64,000 nt of DNA, from assembly GCA_963721685.1 (NCBI GenBank), contig CAVRJJ010000005.1:39943-103942 (forward strand). Reading direction: 5' to 3'. Shown one piece after another: positions 8,260 to 16,775 of the stretch (positions within the stretch are counted from its first letter, which is position 1; every line of letters starts with the position of its first letter). The notes under the pieces were generated by a model. That model was not told the origin of the DNA and ran no database searches. It saw nothing but the letters and a program-made list of their open reading frames with translations. Source of the stretch: an uncultured bacterium (GTDB lineage Bacteria; Patescibacteriota; Saccharimonadia; UBA4664; SCTI01). The translations under genes and the position numbers were made by a program.

Positions 8260-8518
8260 ACCGGTACAGCTGATTATGTGTGCCCACAGCTACAAAATAA
8301 GCAATGTCATCACCTATAATTTTAAAATGTATGCGCAGGTCACCACCAGCGCTAATTGAACGAAAACCTGTCCATTCGCCAGTTAGCGCATGATTACGAA
8401 GTGATGGCTCTGTTGGTTCATCTAAAAACAGATCTATAATGTCTATAACTTTGTCTCGGCGCTTTTTAGGGAGCTTTGAAAACTGTTTATCAAAGGTTTT
8501 ATGGAATTCAGCGTTCAC
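8258..8518 (-). CDS. RelE/YafQ-family mRNA interferase toxin
   Basis: 86 aa; LRNHALTGEW, FRSISAGGDLRI, VGTHNQLY are typical YafQ/RelE-StbE features. Confidence 0.9.
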   Translation of the reverse strand: MNAEFHKTFDKQFSKLPKKRRDKVIDIIDLFLDEPTEPSLRNHALTGEWTGFRSISAGGDLRIHFKIIGDDIAYFVAVGTHNQLYR

Positions 8519-8703
8519 AGAGAGCGCAGGTGCGCGAGCGCTTCTGCTGTGGTTTTAGTCTTGGTGACATTGCGACCAGCTTTATAGTCTGCCTCGGCAT
8601 CACGCATAATATTTTCTAAGTACGGTGTAGGCTCAAGAGTAGGTGTTAGCACCACACGACCCTCATGCTCGTCCAATGAAAAAAGGCCACGACGCAAGGT
8701 CAT
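8515..8703 (-). CDS. RelB/DinJ-like antitoxin, apparently 5'-truncated
   Basis: EPTPYLENIMRDAEADYKAGRN...EALAHL resembles a DinJ/RelB C-terminus; GTGA overlap with the toxin; the called ATG lies inside the tRNA downstream hairpin. Confidence 0.65.
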   Translation of the reverse strand: MTLRRGLFSLDEHEGRVVLTPTLEPTPYLENIMRDAEADYKAGRNVTKTKTTAEALAHLRSL

Positions 8704-8716
8704 AACCTTTTTTCAT
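8676..8716 (-). terminator. Hairpin directly after tRNA-Asp
   Basis: ATGAAAAAAGG...CCTTTTTTCAT perfect 11-bp arms plus inner stem. Confidence 0.65.
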
Positions 8717-8792
8717 GGCGGGCCCGACCGGATTCGAACCGGCGATCTCCTCCGTGACAGGGAGGCATGTTAGGCCTCTACACCACGGGCCC
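8716..8792 (-). tRNA. tRNA-Asp (GTC)
   Basis: GGGCCCG acceptor, anticodon arm CCTCC-CTGTCAC-GGAGG, GGTTCGAATCC T-arm, encoded CCA. Confidence 0.97.
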
Positions 8793-8841
8793 GCGACCGG
8801 ATAATCGTAGCATTTTTAAGATAGAGATACAATGAGCCGGC

Positions 8842-9687
8842 CTACTCCGAGCCGGCAGCTGGTTGCGTCCCCAATAGGTCGCTGGCGTATTGATTGTACT
8901 GGTCTACTTTCTCGTTGTATTCAGAAATTAAGCGGTTAACATCCGGGACTAAGGCGTTGTGCATGCCAATCCGGCCGGCCGCCAGGTACTGCTGCATCTG
9001 GCGCTTAATCGATTGGATCTCGGCGTCCAATTGAACAATTTGTGTATGCAAGCCATCAAAGCGTTGGTCGAAGGCTTGGCTATAGCTCACAATTTGGGCG
9101 CGGTTACTAAAATAATATGCGAAATGTTCCTCCAGCTTACGGCCCAAATCAGGAAATTCAGTCCCCAAAATGGAATGCAGCTCATTGTCTTCCTCTCCTG
9201 GCTCTAGCTCCTTATAGATGTCAAGTCGGTCCCGAAGACTCGTATCGGTTATCTTGGCTGCTGCTGCGCGAAGTTGGCTATTAAGCTCACGCCGTTCTTT
9301 ATTGCTCATACGATCGTAGGCGGCGTGAAGGGTTTCGTGGGCAGCCGTCACTATCTCTTCATCCTTTAGGTCGGACTGCGGTATATTAAGTAAAAAAATT
9401 TGGTTGGTGCTGAGATAACAGCCAAGCTCAATGGTGCGCTCCCCTTGCACCCGGCAGTTTTTAACCAAGCTGGGACGGTCGCTCAGCATCTGGGGCTTTG
9501 CCCGGTAAAAGAGGCGTTCACCATCTTCGGTCATGGTCGCTTTTTCGGCCAACTCGGCAATCCTAGCGGGTGGGCGGTAATCCCTAAGGTAATACCAGTC
9601 GAGAGCTTCATTATGGTTCTGGTAACCAATATAGCTTCCCAGAACTACCGCCGCGATCAGAACTACATTGCGTACAATTTTATACAT
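8842..9687 (-). CDS. Membrane-anchored putative zinc metallopeptidase with C-terminal coiled coil
   Basis: AAHETLHAAY HExxH motif, downstream ELHS; N-terminal TM. Confidence 0.65.
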   Translation of the reverse strand: MYKIVRNVVLIAAVVLGSYIGYQNHNEALDWYYLRDYRPPARIAELAEKATMTEDGERLFYRAKPQMLSDRPSLVKNCRVQGERTIELGCYLSTNQIFLLNIPQSDLKDEEIVTAAHETLHAAYDRMSNKERRELNSQLRAAAAKITDTSLRDRLDIYKELEPGEEDNELHSILGTEFPDLGRKLEEHFAYYFSNRAQIVSYSQAFDQRFDGLHTQIVQLDAEIQSIKRQMQQYLAAGRIGMHNALVPDVNRLISEYNEKVDQYNQYASDLLGTQPAAGSE

Positions 9688-9718
9688 GTCGCGCTTCTTT
9701 TATGTTGAAAACGTGGTG

Positions 9719-10810
9719 TTACGGGTGGATGAACTGGTTGATCTTAGCTTTATCAACCTGCTCTTTGAGATATTGGTCGAAGTCGACGGTCTTAATCAGG
9801 ATATGCGCGGCGTGAACCTGTGATTTATCCGCGTTAAATTCTATGGTCTTGATAATATGGTAACCAAATTGGCTCTTTACCAGTTTTGATACCTGCCCTG
9901 GCTCTTGACCGAAAGCGGCGTCTTCAAACGGCTTAACCATTTGACCTTTTCCAAAGAAACCCAGGTCTCCACCGTTGGCAGCTGAGCTGTCCTGAGAATA
10001 CTCTTTGGCAAGCGCGGCGAAATCCCCGCCTTTGGTAACCTTGCCGAGCGCGTCATTAGCTTTGGCTTTGGCTTGCGCGCCTAGCTTAGGGTCGCTTTGA
10101 ATTTTGGTCGCGACTTTCTGCTGGAGAAGTTGCATGCGAATCTTGGTTTTTAAGTCGTTGACGTCCCAGCCATAAAATTTCTTTAAGACATCTTTAACTT
10201 TTTGCTCGCCGCCAGCCGACTTGGTAATTTGCTCCACCTGCTTGTCGACTTCTTTATTACTAACCTTAACTTTCTCCTTAGCAGCCAGTTGTTTCACGAC
10301 AGCCTCTTGCTGCATTCGCTTAAGTTCCTGCTTCTGGAGCTCTTTCAGCTTCTTTTTGCCATCTGCCGTGTTAAAATCTATGGTCGGCTTATTGTCGGCA
10401 CCGGTTTGGCTTAAGTAGTAGTGCTTGATGGAGTTCACCTCAAACAAATAGTCGCCGTAGCTTATGAAGCTGCCGTTTACCTTTTGCGCCGGGTAGGGCA
10501 CCACTTGGGATACCAACTGCACAATCCGACTGCTGTTCTGATACTTATAGATCAGAACGCCAAATACCAGCAGGAAGAGTACGAGGAGTCCCCCAACCGT
10601 TCCGCCGATCATCCATGCCATTTTCCGGCTATTTTCCGGACTGGAAGAATTCGAAGGACTCGAAGCCGTTGCGGATAATGGCGCTTTGGACGCGAGTTCG
10701 TCTGAATCGTCAGTCGTTTTATTAATTACGGGTGCTTTTACTGTTTTTGCCGGTTTTGCTGACTTAGACGCACGTTTCTTCGCCGCAGGCTTCTTTTCTT
10801 CGTCCACCAA
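9719..10810 (-). CDS. prsA: PrsA/SurA-type parvulin peptidyl-prolyl isomerase
   Basis: FAALAKEYSQD, GGDLGFF, MVKPFEDAAF, FGYHII parvulin motifs; SurA-like N domain. Confidence 0.85.
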   Translation of the reverse strand: MVDEEKKPAAKKRASKSAKPAKTVKAPVINKTTDDSDELASKAPLSATASSPSNSSSPENSRKMAWMIGGTVGGLLVLFLLVFGVLIYKYQNSSRIVQLVSQVVPYPAQKVNGSFISYGDYLFEVNSIKHYYLSQTGADNKPTIDFNTADGKKKLKELQKQELKRMQQEAVVKQLAAKEKVKVSNKEVDKQVEQITKSAGGEQKVKDVLKKFYGWDVNDLKTKIRMQLLQQKVATKIQSDPKLGAQAKAKANDALGKVTKGGDFAALAKEYSQDSSAANGGDLGFFGKGQMVKPFEDAAFGQEPGQVSKLVKSQFGYHIIKTIEFNADKSQVHAAHILIKTVDFDQYLKEQVDKAKINQFIHP

Positions 10811-10840
10811 AAAACTCCTTATGCTTCCTTTAATGCTACC

Positions 10841-11362
10841 TTACTTTTGCGGCGGTGTCGAATTTACCGTCCGCGCCACTGCCATGATTTTTTGATGTAC
10901 CGCCTCGGGCTTATGAACATTTAGGAGTGTCCACTGGCTGGCATAGGTTTCCACGGTAATGTCGCCGTACTTTAACAATGCGGCCTGCATTCCATTAATA
11001 TGGTAATTGATCGACTGGATCTTATCAAAACCCACCTCGCTGACTTTTCGGTTGAATAAGCCCTTTTGCTTGATATCAATAAGCCGTTGGTCGGTCACGA
11101 TATAAACGCTGTAATACCATCCTACCCAGTGATAAAACCAGTACAACAATACTAGCACAGGTAAGATTAAGGAAATCTTAAGCGCCGTGTTGGATAACGG
11201 CCATAGCATCAACGGCCCCAGGCCTGCCAGGATGGCCAGCATGCCGTAAATTAATTGCTTCCGCAAAACCACCGGATGCTGACGAAACACCAGCACCACG
11301 GTCTCATCGGGGTCCTGGCCGGGGAACTCAAGGTTTGCCTTTGTGTCAGATGAAGTAGCCAT
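10841..11362 (-). CDS. Bacterial PH-domain membrane protein
   Basis: Two TM helices then YIVTDQRLIDIKQKGLF...KIQSI...YGDITVET; ATG at 11362 preferred over 11386. Confidence 0.75.
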   Translation of the reverse strand: MATSSDTKANLEFPGQDPDETVVLVFRQHPVVLRKQLIYGMLAILAGLGPLMLWPLSNTALKISLILPVLVLLYWFYHWVGWYYSVYIVTDQRLIDIKQKGLFNRKVSEVGFDKIQSINYHINGMQAALLKYGDITVETYASQWTLLNVHKPEAVHQKIMAVARTVNSTPPQK

Positions 11363-11420
11363 ATCCTGATTATAGCAAACAAGCATAAGGGCAACAGGTG
11401 GTATAATTCTGTCGTCCCAT

Positions 11421-11496
11421 GCCTCCGTAGCTCAGTGGATAGAGCGCCTCCGTCCTAAGGAGGGCGTCGGGAGTTCGAATCTCTCCGGGGGCACCA
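11421..11496 (+). tRNA. tRNA-Arg (CCT)
   Basis: GCCTCCG acceptor, TAGCTCAGTGGATAGAGC D-arm, CCTCC-GTCCTAA-GGAGG, GTTCGAATC, CCA; TATAAT upstream. Confidence 0.95.
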
Positions 11497-11639
11497 GTAC
11501 CTATACTTAGCCAAAGCCTACCAGACATATGAAATTTTCAAGATGTCTGATGCCCACCGGCAATATCAATTTTTTTGAGATGACCGCGCTTTGCAAAGCA
11601 CTCAAAAAATTATATCGCCGATCTCATCACAATTAATAA

Positions 11640-12161
11640 TTAGCTGTGGCGGGATTGCGGCTTGTTGGGCTGGGTATAATCTTCGTGTGCGGCTTCATAG
11701 CTGTAAAGCTCATCATCGTTGAACCAAAGCTTGATCTCCTGAACCGCCTCTTTTTTATCGCCAGAGGCGTGGATGAGGTTGGGGATACCGGCGCCAATTG
11801 AGTTAGCGTGGCTAAAGCTGATATGGGAATAGTCGCCGCGGATGGTGCCGGCTTGGGCGCTGGCTGGCTCGGTCTCGCCCACCATCTTACGCACCAATTC
11901 AACCGCGCCAATACCTTCGAGCACTAAGCCGACCACCGGACCGTTCATCATAAACTCCAAGTTAACGTCAAACACGTCTTGCCCGCGGCGTGAAATAAGC
12001 TTACTGATTTCTTCATAGTGCTGGTGGTAGTGCTCGCGATCGGGCCGGACCATCTTCATACCAATAATTTTAAGCCCTACCCGTTCAAAGCGGCTGATTA
12101 TGTCGCCAACAATTGCCCGCTGAACAGCGTCGGGTTTCAGTATGATAAGGGTTCGTTCCAT
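11640..12161 (-). CDS. ndk: Nucleoside diphosphate kinase
   Basis: MERTLIILKPDAVQR, GTIRGDY, NLIHAS; ATG at 12161. Confidence 0.95.
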   Translation of the reverse strand: MERTLIILKPDAVQRAIVGDIISRFERVGLKIIGMKMVRPDREHYHQHYEEISKLISRRGQDVFDVNLEFMMNGPVVGLVLEGIGAVELVRKMVGETEPASAQAGTIRGDYSHISFSHANSIGAGIPNLIHASGDKKEAVQEIKLWFNDDELYSYEAAHEDYTQPNKPQSRHS

Positions 12162-12171
12162 GATATCTCCA

Positions 12172-13482
12172 TTATAGCTTGGTTTGATGATTAAAAGCTT
12201 CAACTGCCGCTTCCGGCTCCGGACTGATGATCCCCAAGCGCAAGCGGTCGGGTGCCAGCATCGCCTGCGCGACACGCGTAATATCGGCGGGTGTTACGGC
12301 GTCAATGTTCGACATAACCGCCTCAACCCCACGAATGCTCCCTAGCAGAATTTGCTGGGTACCAAAACGGTCTGCTACTGAAGTATTTGACTCCATCGCC
12401 ATCTGAAGGCCGCCCCGGATCTGGTTTTTTGCTTTGTTAAGCTCTTCATTACTGACTTTCTCGGTGCGAATGCGCTGTAACTCCTCCATAATAGCAGCGA
12501 TCGCTTCAGCTTGCTTGGGAATACTGACCCCGGCGTAGACTTCAAACTCTCCGCTATCGACAAAGTTATCCATTCCGGCGCTTACCGTATAGGCCAACCC
12601 TTTGCGCTCGCGGACGTTAAGGAACAAGCGCGAGCTTAAGCCACGCCCTAAGATGGCAGTAATGAGCTTAGCAGTCGGATCATCGGCGTGACGGTAGGGA
12701 TAGGCAACCGTGCTGATTGCCAAGTGGGCTTGGGCGGTATCCTTAGGGTAGGACTTTACCCGCTCCCCTTTAAGAGTCGCGGTAACGGCTAAGGGTTTTT
12801 CGGGATGCTTGGATTCCATATCGCCAAACAGCGATTCAACCTGTTTAATTATCGCCTTGTGGTCTACGCGGCCAACAGCTACCACCACCATTGACGCGGG
12901 TTGGTAGTGACGGTTCATATAGCCAGCGATGCTGTCCCGGCTGATTGTTTTAATTACCTCTTCAGCTCCAAGTACTTCCCGCTCCAGCGGGTGTCCCGGC
13001 CACAGGAGCGGCGGAGTTAAGCGATGCACGTAGCTGGCGGGGTCATCCCGATAAACATTCATCTCTTCAATAACCACATCCCGCTCACGGTCAATTTCAG
13101 CCGGATCAAGCAAAGAATTACGAATCATGTCGGCTAGGATCTCAAGCCCCAACCCCACGTGCTCATGGGGAACTTTTACGTAGTAATTGGTTAGCTCATG
13201 GGAGGTATAGGCGTTATTCCAGCCCCCTACCGCGTCAATTTGCTCTGAAATGATTCGGGTGGAGGGCCGGTTTGTCGTACCTTTAAATAAGAGGTGTTCG
13301 AGAAAATGAGAAACTCCTCCGTTCACAGAAAATTGTTCATAGCGCGCGCCCACCCGAACGAATATGGCGATGGTAGCGCTATAAGCACCAGGCATATTAG
13401 CCGTAACAACCTGCAAACCATTCGTAAGGCTATGTTGTTTTGGTTGGAGCGGTTGGTTCGAGAACGAAGGCATAGTAGCCAT
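12172..13482 (-). CDS. M16 family zinc peptidase
   Basis: HFLEH inverted zinc motif, NAYT, SSRLFLNVRERKGLAY. Confidence 0.95.
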   Translation of the reverse strand: MATMPSFSNQPLQPKQHSLTNGLQVVTANMPGAYSATIAIFVRVGARYEQFSVNGGVSHFLEHLLFKGTTNRPSTRIISEQIDAVGGWNNAYTSHELTNYYVKVPHEHVGLGLEILADMIRNSLLDPAEIDRERDVVIEEMNVYRDDPASYVHRLTPPLLWPGHPLEREVLGAEEVIKTISRDSIAGYMNRHYQPASMVVVAVGRVDHKAIIKQVESLFGDMESKHPEKPLAVTATLKGERVKSYPKDTAQAHLAISTVAYPYRHADDPTAKLITAILGRGLSSRLFLNVRERKGLAYTVSAGMDNFVDSGEFEVYAGVSIPKQAEAIAAIMEELQRIRTEKVSNEELNKAKNQIRGGLQMAMESNTSVADRFGTQQILLGSIRGVEAVMSNIDAVTPADITRVAQAMLAPDRLRLGIISPEPEAAVEAFNHQTKL

Positions 13483-15227
13483 TATAGAACGGGGAGGGAG
13501 GCTTGCAAGCGCTTAAGCTCCGCCACGGCCGGCTTAATCCGGGAATCGGCGTTACGGTTACCAATAACCGCTTCCGGATAAAGCGCTAAGCCGTCACGAA
13601 TCACTTGGCGCGCTGCCCGGGTATTCTTTTGCTGAATTAATAAGGCCGCTAAATCCACGTAATAATCAGGGTGGTTAAGGCGGTCCAGGCGCAACGCCTG
13701 ATGGTAAGCGGTTAAGGCAGCTGGGGGATTTCCATCAAGCCGCTCAATCCGCCCTAACAGAAAGTAGTGCTGACTATCTTTGGGGTCTCGGCGGATAGCC
13801 TGTTTGGCCCGGTCACGACCCAACGCTAAATAGCTTTTTGGACCGCCAGCGGCTGCCAGGGCATAATAATCAATCCCCTCAGAAGTCCATACATCCGGAT
13901 CATAGATAGGATACTTATGCGCCTGCTCGTAGGCTTTGGCAGCTTGGGTGAGATCTTGGTTCCCATCATGGATACGGCCCCGCTGGAAAGAGGCATCACT
14001 AAGATACATGCTGACACTTAGAAGAAGCGCCGCCGCCAAAGATGCCGGAAGAGCAAGATTGCGCCAGCGGGAAATCGGCCGGCGGCGGGAAGGCTGGTAG
14101 GTTAAGCCTACCAACATCGCGAGCAGCGCGACCAAAGCCAGGTAACGGCTGTCAATGTCGAGCCCGAAGTGCAGTGCAAGGGCAATGGCACTAATGGCTA
14201 CTATGCCCAGCTGTGGCCGGCGCCGTACCCCCCGCCACATTCCTATGGCTATAACCGCGGCCAAGCCCAGGAGGATTGACATGCCCACCACCCCTTGCTC
14301 AGCCAGCGTGGCGGCAACTATACTATGCGGATCGTTGGCGGCGCTAATAACCCGCTGCTGATATTGAGGATGTACCGTGCCGTACGTTCCGGCACCACTG
14401 CCTAGAACCGGATGGTCCTTCCAAATTTCTAAGGCGCTTTTCAGATAAGATATCCGGTCCTGCGCGCTCATTGATTCGCCAGTAGCTGCTTCTGCGAAGC
14501 GTGATCCGGGCACCGGGGCGGACTGGCCACCCAGCTGCGACTTAACTGCGACCACACCGAAACTTAAGACAAATGTAACTACTCCTAAACCGATAATCCA
14601 AGCTAAACGCCGCCGGACTTGCGGCAACGCCAGGCAACCGACACCCACTATAGCCGCGACCAGTACCGCTCCACGCGAATCAGTCAGCCAAAAGGCTGTC
14701 CCGATGCAAAGTGTTAACAAGCCTGACGGCCACTGCCGGTTGGTTATCCATTTCCACCCACTTATAAGAAACGCCGGCAGCAGAAATGCCGCGCAGGGGT
14801 TTGCCCAATAGAATGAGGCGGTTAAGCGGTCATAGTCACCGGAGAGATAAAGATAAAAGCCATAAATAGAAATAACCAACGCGACCCAAAGATAACCTTT
14901 TATGGCTTGTTCCTTTTGCAGCAATGACAAGTTTGCTGAAACCAGGAACACAATGATGGCAATCAAACTATAGAGAAGCCATTGCTCGCTTTGGAAGCGG
15001 TTGACCGTCCATATCAGCGATGCCGCGCTCCATCCTACCCAAGCAAACGCGAGGAAACGTAAGGCTCCGGAGCTGGTTGTACGGGGTGACACCGTCCGCA
15101 GCAATAAAAAGCTACTTACTAGCAAGCCAAAAACTGAAATTAGTACCGCCACGGCTGTCCGGCCGCCTGACATCCAGGGTAAAACCGCCGTTAACAGGCC
15201 TCCCACCACAATCAGTGATTTATTCAT
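13482..15227 (-). CDS. O-antigen ligase-like membrane protein with C-terminal TPRs
   Basis: LTDSRGA, HPVLGSGAGTY, DPHS Wzy_C-like motifs; many TM segments; TPR-like tail. Confidence 0.8.
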   Translation of the reverse strand: MNKSLIVVGGLLTAVLPWMSGGRTAVAVLISVFGLLVSSFLLLRTVSPRTTSSGALRFLAFAWVGWSAASLIWTVNRFQSEQWLLYSLIAIIVFLVSANLSLLQKEQAIKGYLWVALVISIYGFYLYLSGDYDRLTASFYWANPCAAFLLPAFLISGWKWITNRQWPSGLLTLCIGTAFWLTDSRGAVLVAAIVGVGCLALPQVRRRLAWIIGLGVVTFVLSFGVVAVKSQLGGQSAPVPGSRFAEAATGESMSAQDRISYLKSALEIWKDHPVLGSGAGTYGTVHPQYQQRVISAANDPHSIVAATLAEQGVVGMSILLGLAAVIAIGMWRGVRRRPQLGIVAISAIALALHFGLDIDSRYLALVALLAMLVGLTYQPSRRRPISRWRNLALPASLAAALLLSVSMYLSDASFQRGRIHDGNQDLTQAAKAYEQAHKYPIYDPDVWTSEGIDYYALAAAGGPKSYLALGRDRAKQAIRRDPKDSQHYFLLGRIERLDGNPPAALTAYHQALRLDRLNHPDYYVDLAALLIQQKNTRAARQVIRDGLALYPEAVIGNRNADSRIKPAVAELKRLQASLPVL

Positions 15228-15347
15228 GGCTTCAAGTATACAGGCGGTGGCCCATATTGCGATATATTGGCGAATAGAAGCCGAAATTTAACTCTCCCCA
15301 AAATTTCGAATCGGGGGTCACTTTATTTCATTGAAATAGTAACCGTA

Positions 15348-15468
15348 GGATACTATTTTTCGATTAACTTTGTATTAAGCAGATCCGAAAAAGAAATAGG
15401 CAGCATAGATAGACGCAATTTTGCGCTTATACTTAATTTAATAGAAATTTAACCTGAAAATAGTATCC
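15348..15468. repeat. Imperfect ~30-bp inverted repeat in a divergent intergenic region
   Basis: GGATACTATTTT...TATTAA (15348-15378) mirrored by TTAATAG...AAAATAGTATCC (15438-15468). Confidence 0.6.
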
Positions 15469-15512
15469 TCGGAACACTAAATCATTGTAGTTGTAGAAAG
15501 GGCCTAGAAACC

Positions 15513-15845
15513 ATGCATATGAAGTTAAGCATGTGGACCCCACTAACACCGACGACCTTATATGCCCTACTGGCTCTTCAAGGTAACGAGCTGCACGCCT
15601 ACATGGTGGGGGAACAAATTGCCAAGCACTCAGAAGGACTGGTTGCACCCAATCGCTCCACTGTGGCGCGGTTGTTGAAACGGCTTGTCCGCCGCGGCTG
15701 GGTGTCTGCCTGGGAACCACCGCCCCACCCTAGCCGCCTCCGCAAGCAAACCTACACACTTACGCCAGCAGGAAAGCGCGCCTTAAAAAACGAGCTTCAA
15801 AGGCTGCGGCAGCTAGTGTCATTAACAAGCTGGCTGACAATTTAG
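15513..15845 (+). CDS. PadR-family transcriptional regulator
   Basis: LLAL..LHAY..LKRL..GWV..W..RKQTYTLTPAGKRAL winged-helix pattern. Confidence 0.85.
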   Translation: MHMKLSMWTPLTPTTLYALLALQGNELHAYMVGEQIAKHSEGLVAPNRSTVARLLKRLVRRGWVSAWEPPPHPSRLRKQTYTLTPAGKRALKNELQRLRQLVSLTSWLTI

Positions 15846-15851
15846 CAACAG

Positions 15852-16775
15852 CTAGCCGACAATGTGGTCCAGCAGCGCCATGCGAATGTACAAACCGTTA
15901 CCGGCTTGTTCAAAATACTTAGCCCGGGGGTCCGCGTCAACTTCCGCGGCAATCTCGTCAACCCGGGGTAATGGGTGCATAATAATCGCTTGCTTGGGTA
16001 GAATGCGCAGCGCTTCCGTGTTCAAGATAAAACCGCCGCCACTTAAGGAGTCCGAGGCGTCCAGGCGCTCTTTTTGCAAGCGGGTCCAATACACCACATC
16101 AGCCTCCTTTAGTGCTGATTCCATAGTCTCGCTTTCATCAAAAGTCGTGCCGCTGGTACGCAACACTTCCTTAATGTCATCCCCCATTTGCAATTCCGGG
16201 ATGGAAACAAACGAAATGTGGTTGTTAGGATACTTCGCGAGCATTTTAGCAAGCGAACGTACGGTGCGGCCATTACGCAAATCGCCACCCATAACTACTT
16301 TTAGATTATCCAGGTGGTTAAAGCGACGATGGATGGTATAGAGGTCGAGCAGACTCTGAGTAGGATGCTCCCCCTTGCCGTCACCGGCGTTTATAATGGG
16401 CACCTCACTAACCGACGCGGCCTCAGCGACGGTACCGGTTACCGGTTGGCGGATGATAACTGCCGAGAAGCCGTACTGGTTAATCACCCGCATGGTGTCT
16501 GCGATTGTCTCCCCTTTAGAAGCCGAGGAAAACTCCCCGGCATTCTCAGTGCTCACTACCCCCATCCCCAGCTTTAGGGCGGCAGCCTCAAAGCTTATGC
16601 GCGTGCGGGTGGACGGTTCGTAAAAAAGGCTGCAGATTTGCTTGCCGGTGTGCCTGGCGGCCAAAGTCCGGCGCTTTTCCTTATCGGCAACACCGGCCCG
16701 CATCGCTTCGGCCTGATTAAAAAGCTTCGAAAGGTCCGCGGTGGTAAACTGGTCGGCGCTTAACACATGCTTCAT
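15852..16775 (-). CDS. pyrB: Aspartate carbamoyltransferase
   Basis: FYEPSTRTRISF, NAGDGKGEHPTQ, MHPLPR. Confidence 0.97.
   Translation of the reverse strand: MKHVLSADQFTTADLSKLFNQAEAMRAGVADKEKRRTLAARHTGKQICSLFYEPSTRTRISFEAAALKLGMGVVSTENAGEFSSASKGETIADTMRVINQYGFSAVIIRQPVTGTVAEAASVSEVPIINAGDGKGEHPTQSLLDLYTIHRRFNHLDNLKVVMGGDLRNGRTVRSLAKMLAKYPNNHISFVSIPELQMGDDIKEVLRTSGTTFDESETMESALKEADVVYWTRLQKERLDASDSLSGGGFILNTEALRILPKQAIIMHPLPRVDEIAAEVDADPRAKYFEQAGNGLYIRMALLDHIVG

Noticed and set aside
11497-11630. Integrated element or recombinase remnant after tRNA-Arg
   Set aside because: Only a short frame and an AT-rich hairpin; no second copy of the tRNA-Arg 3' end was found.
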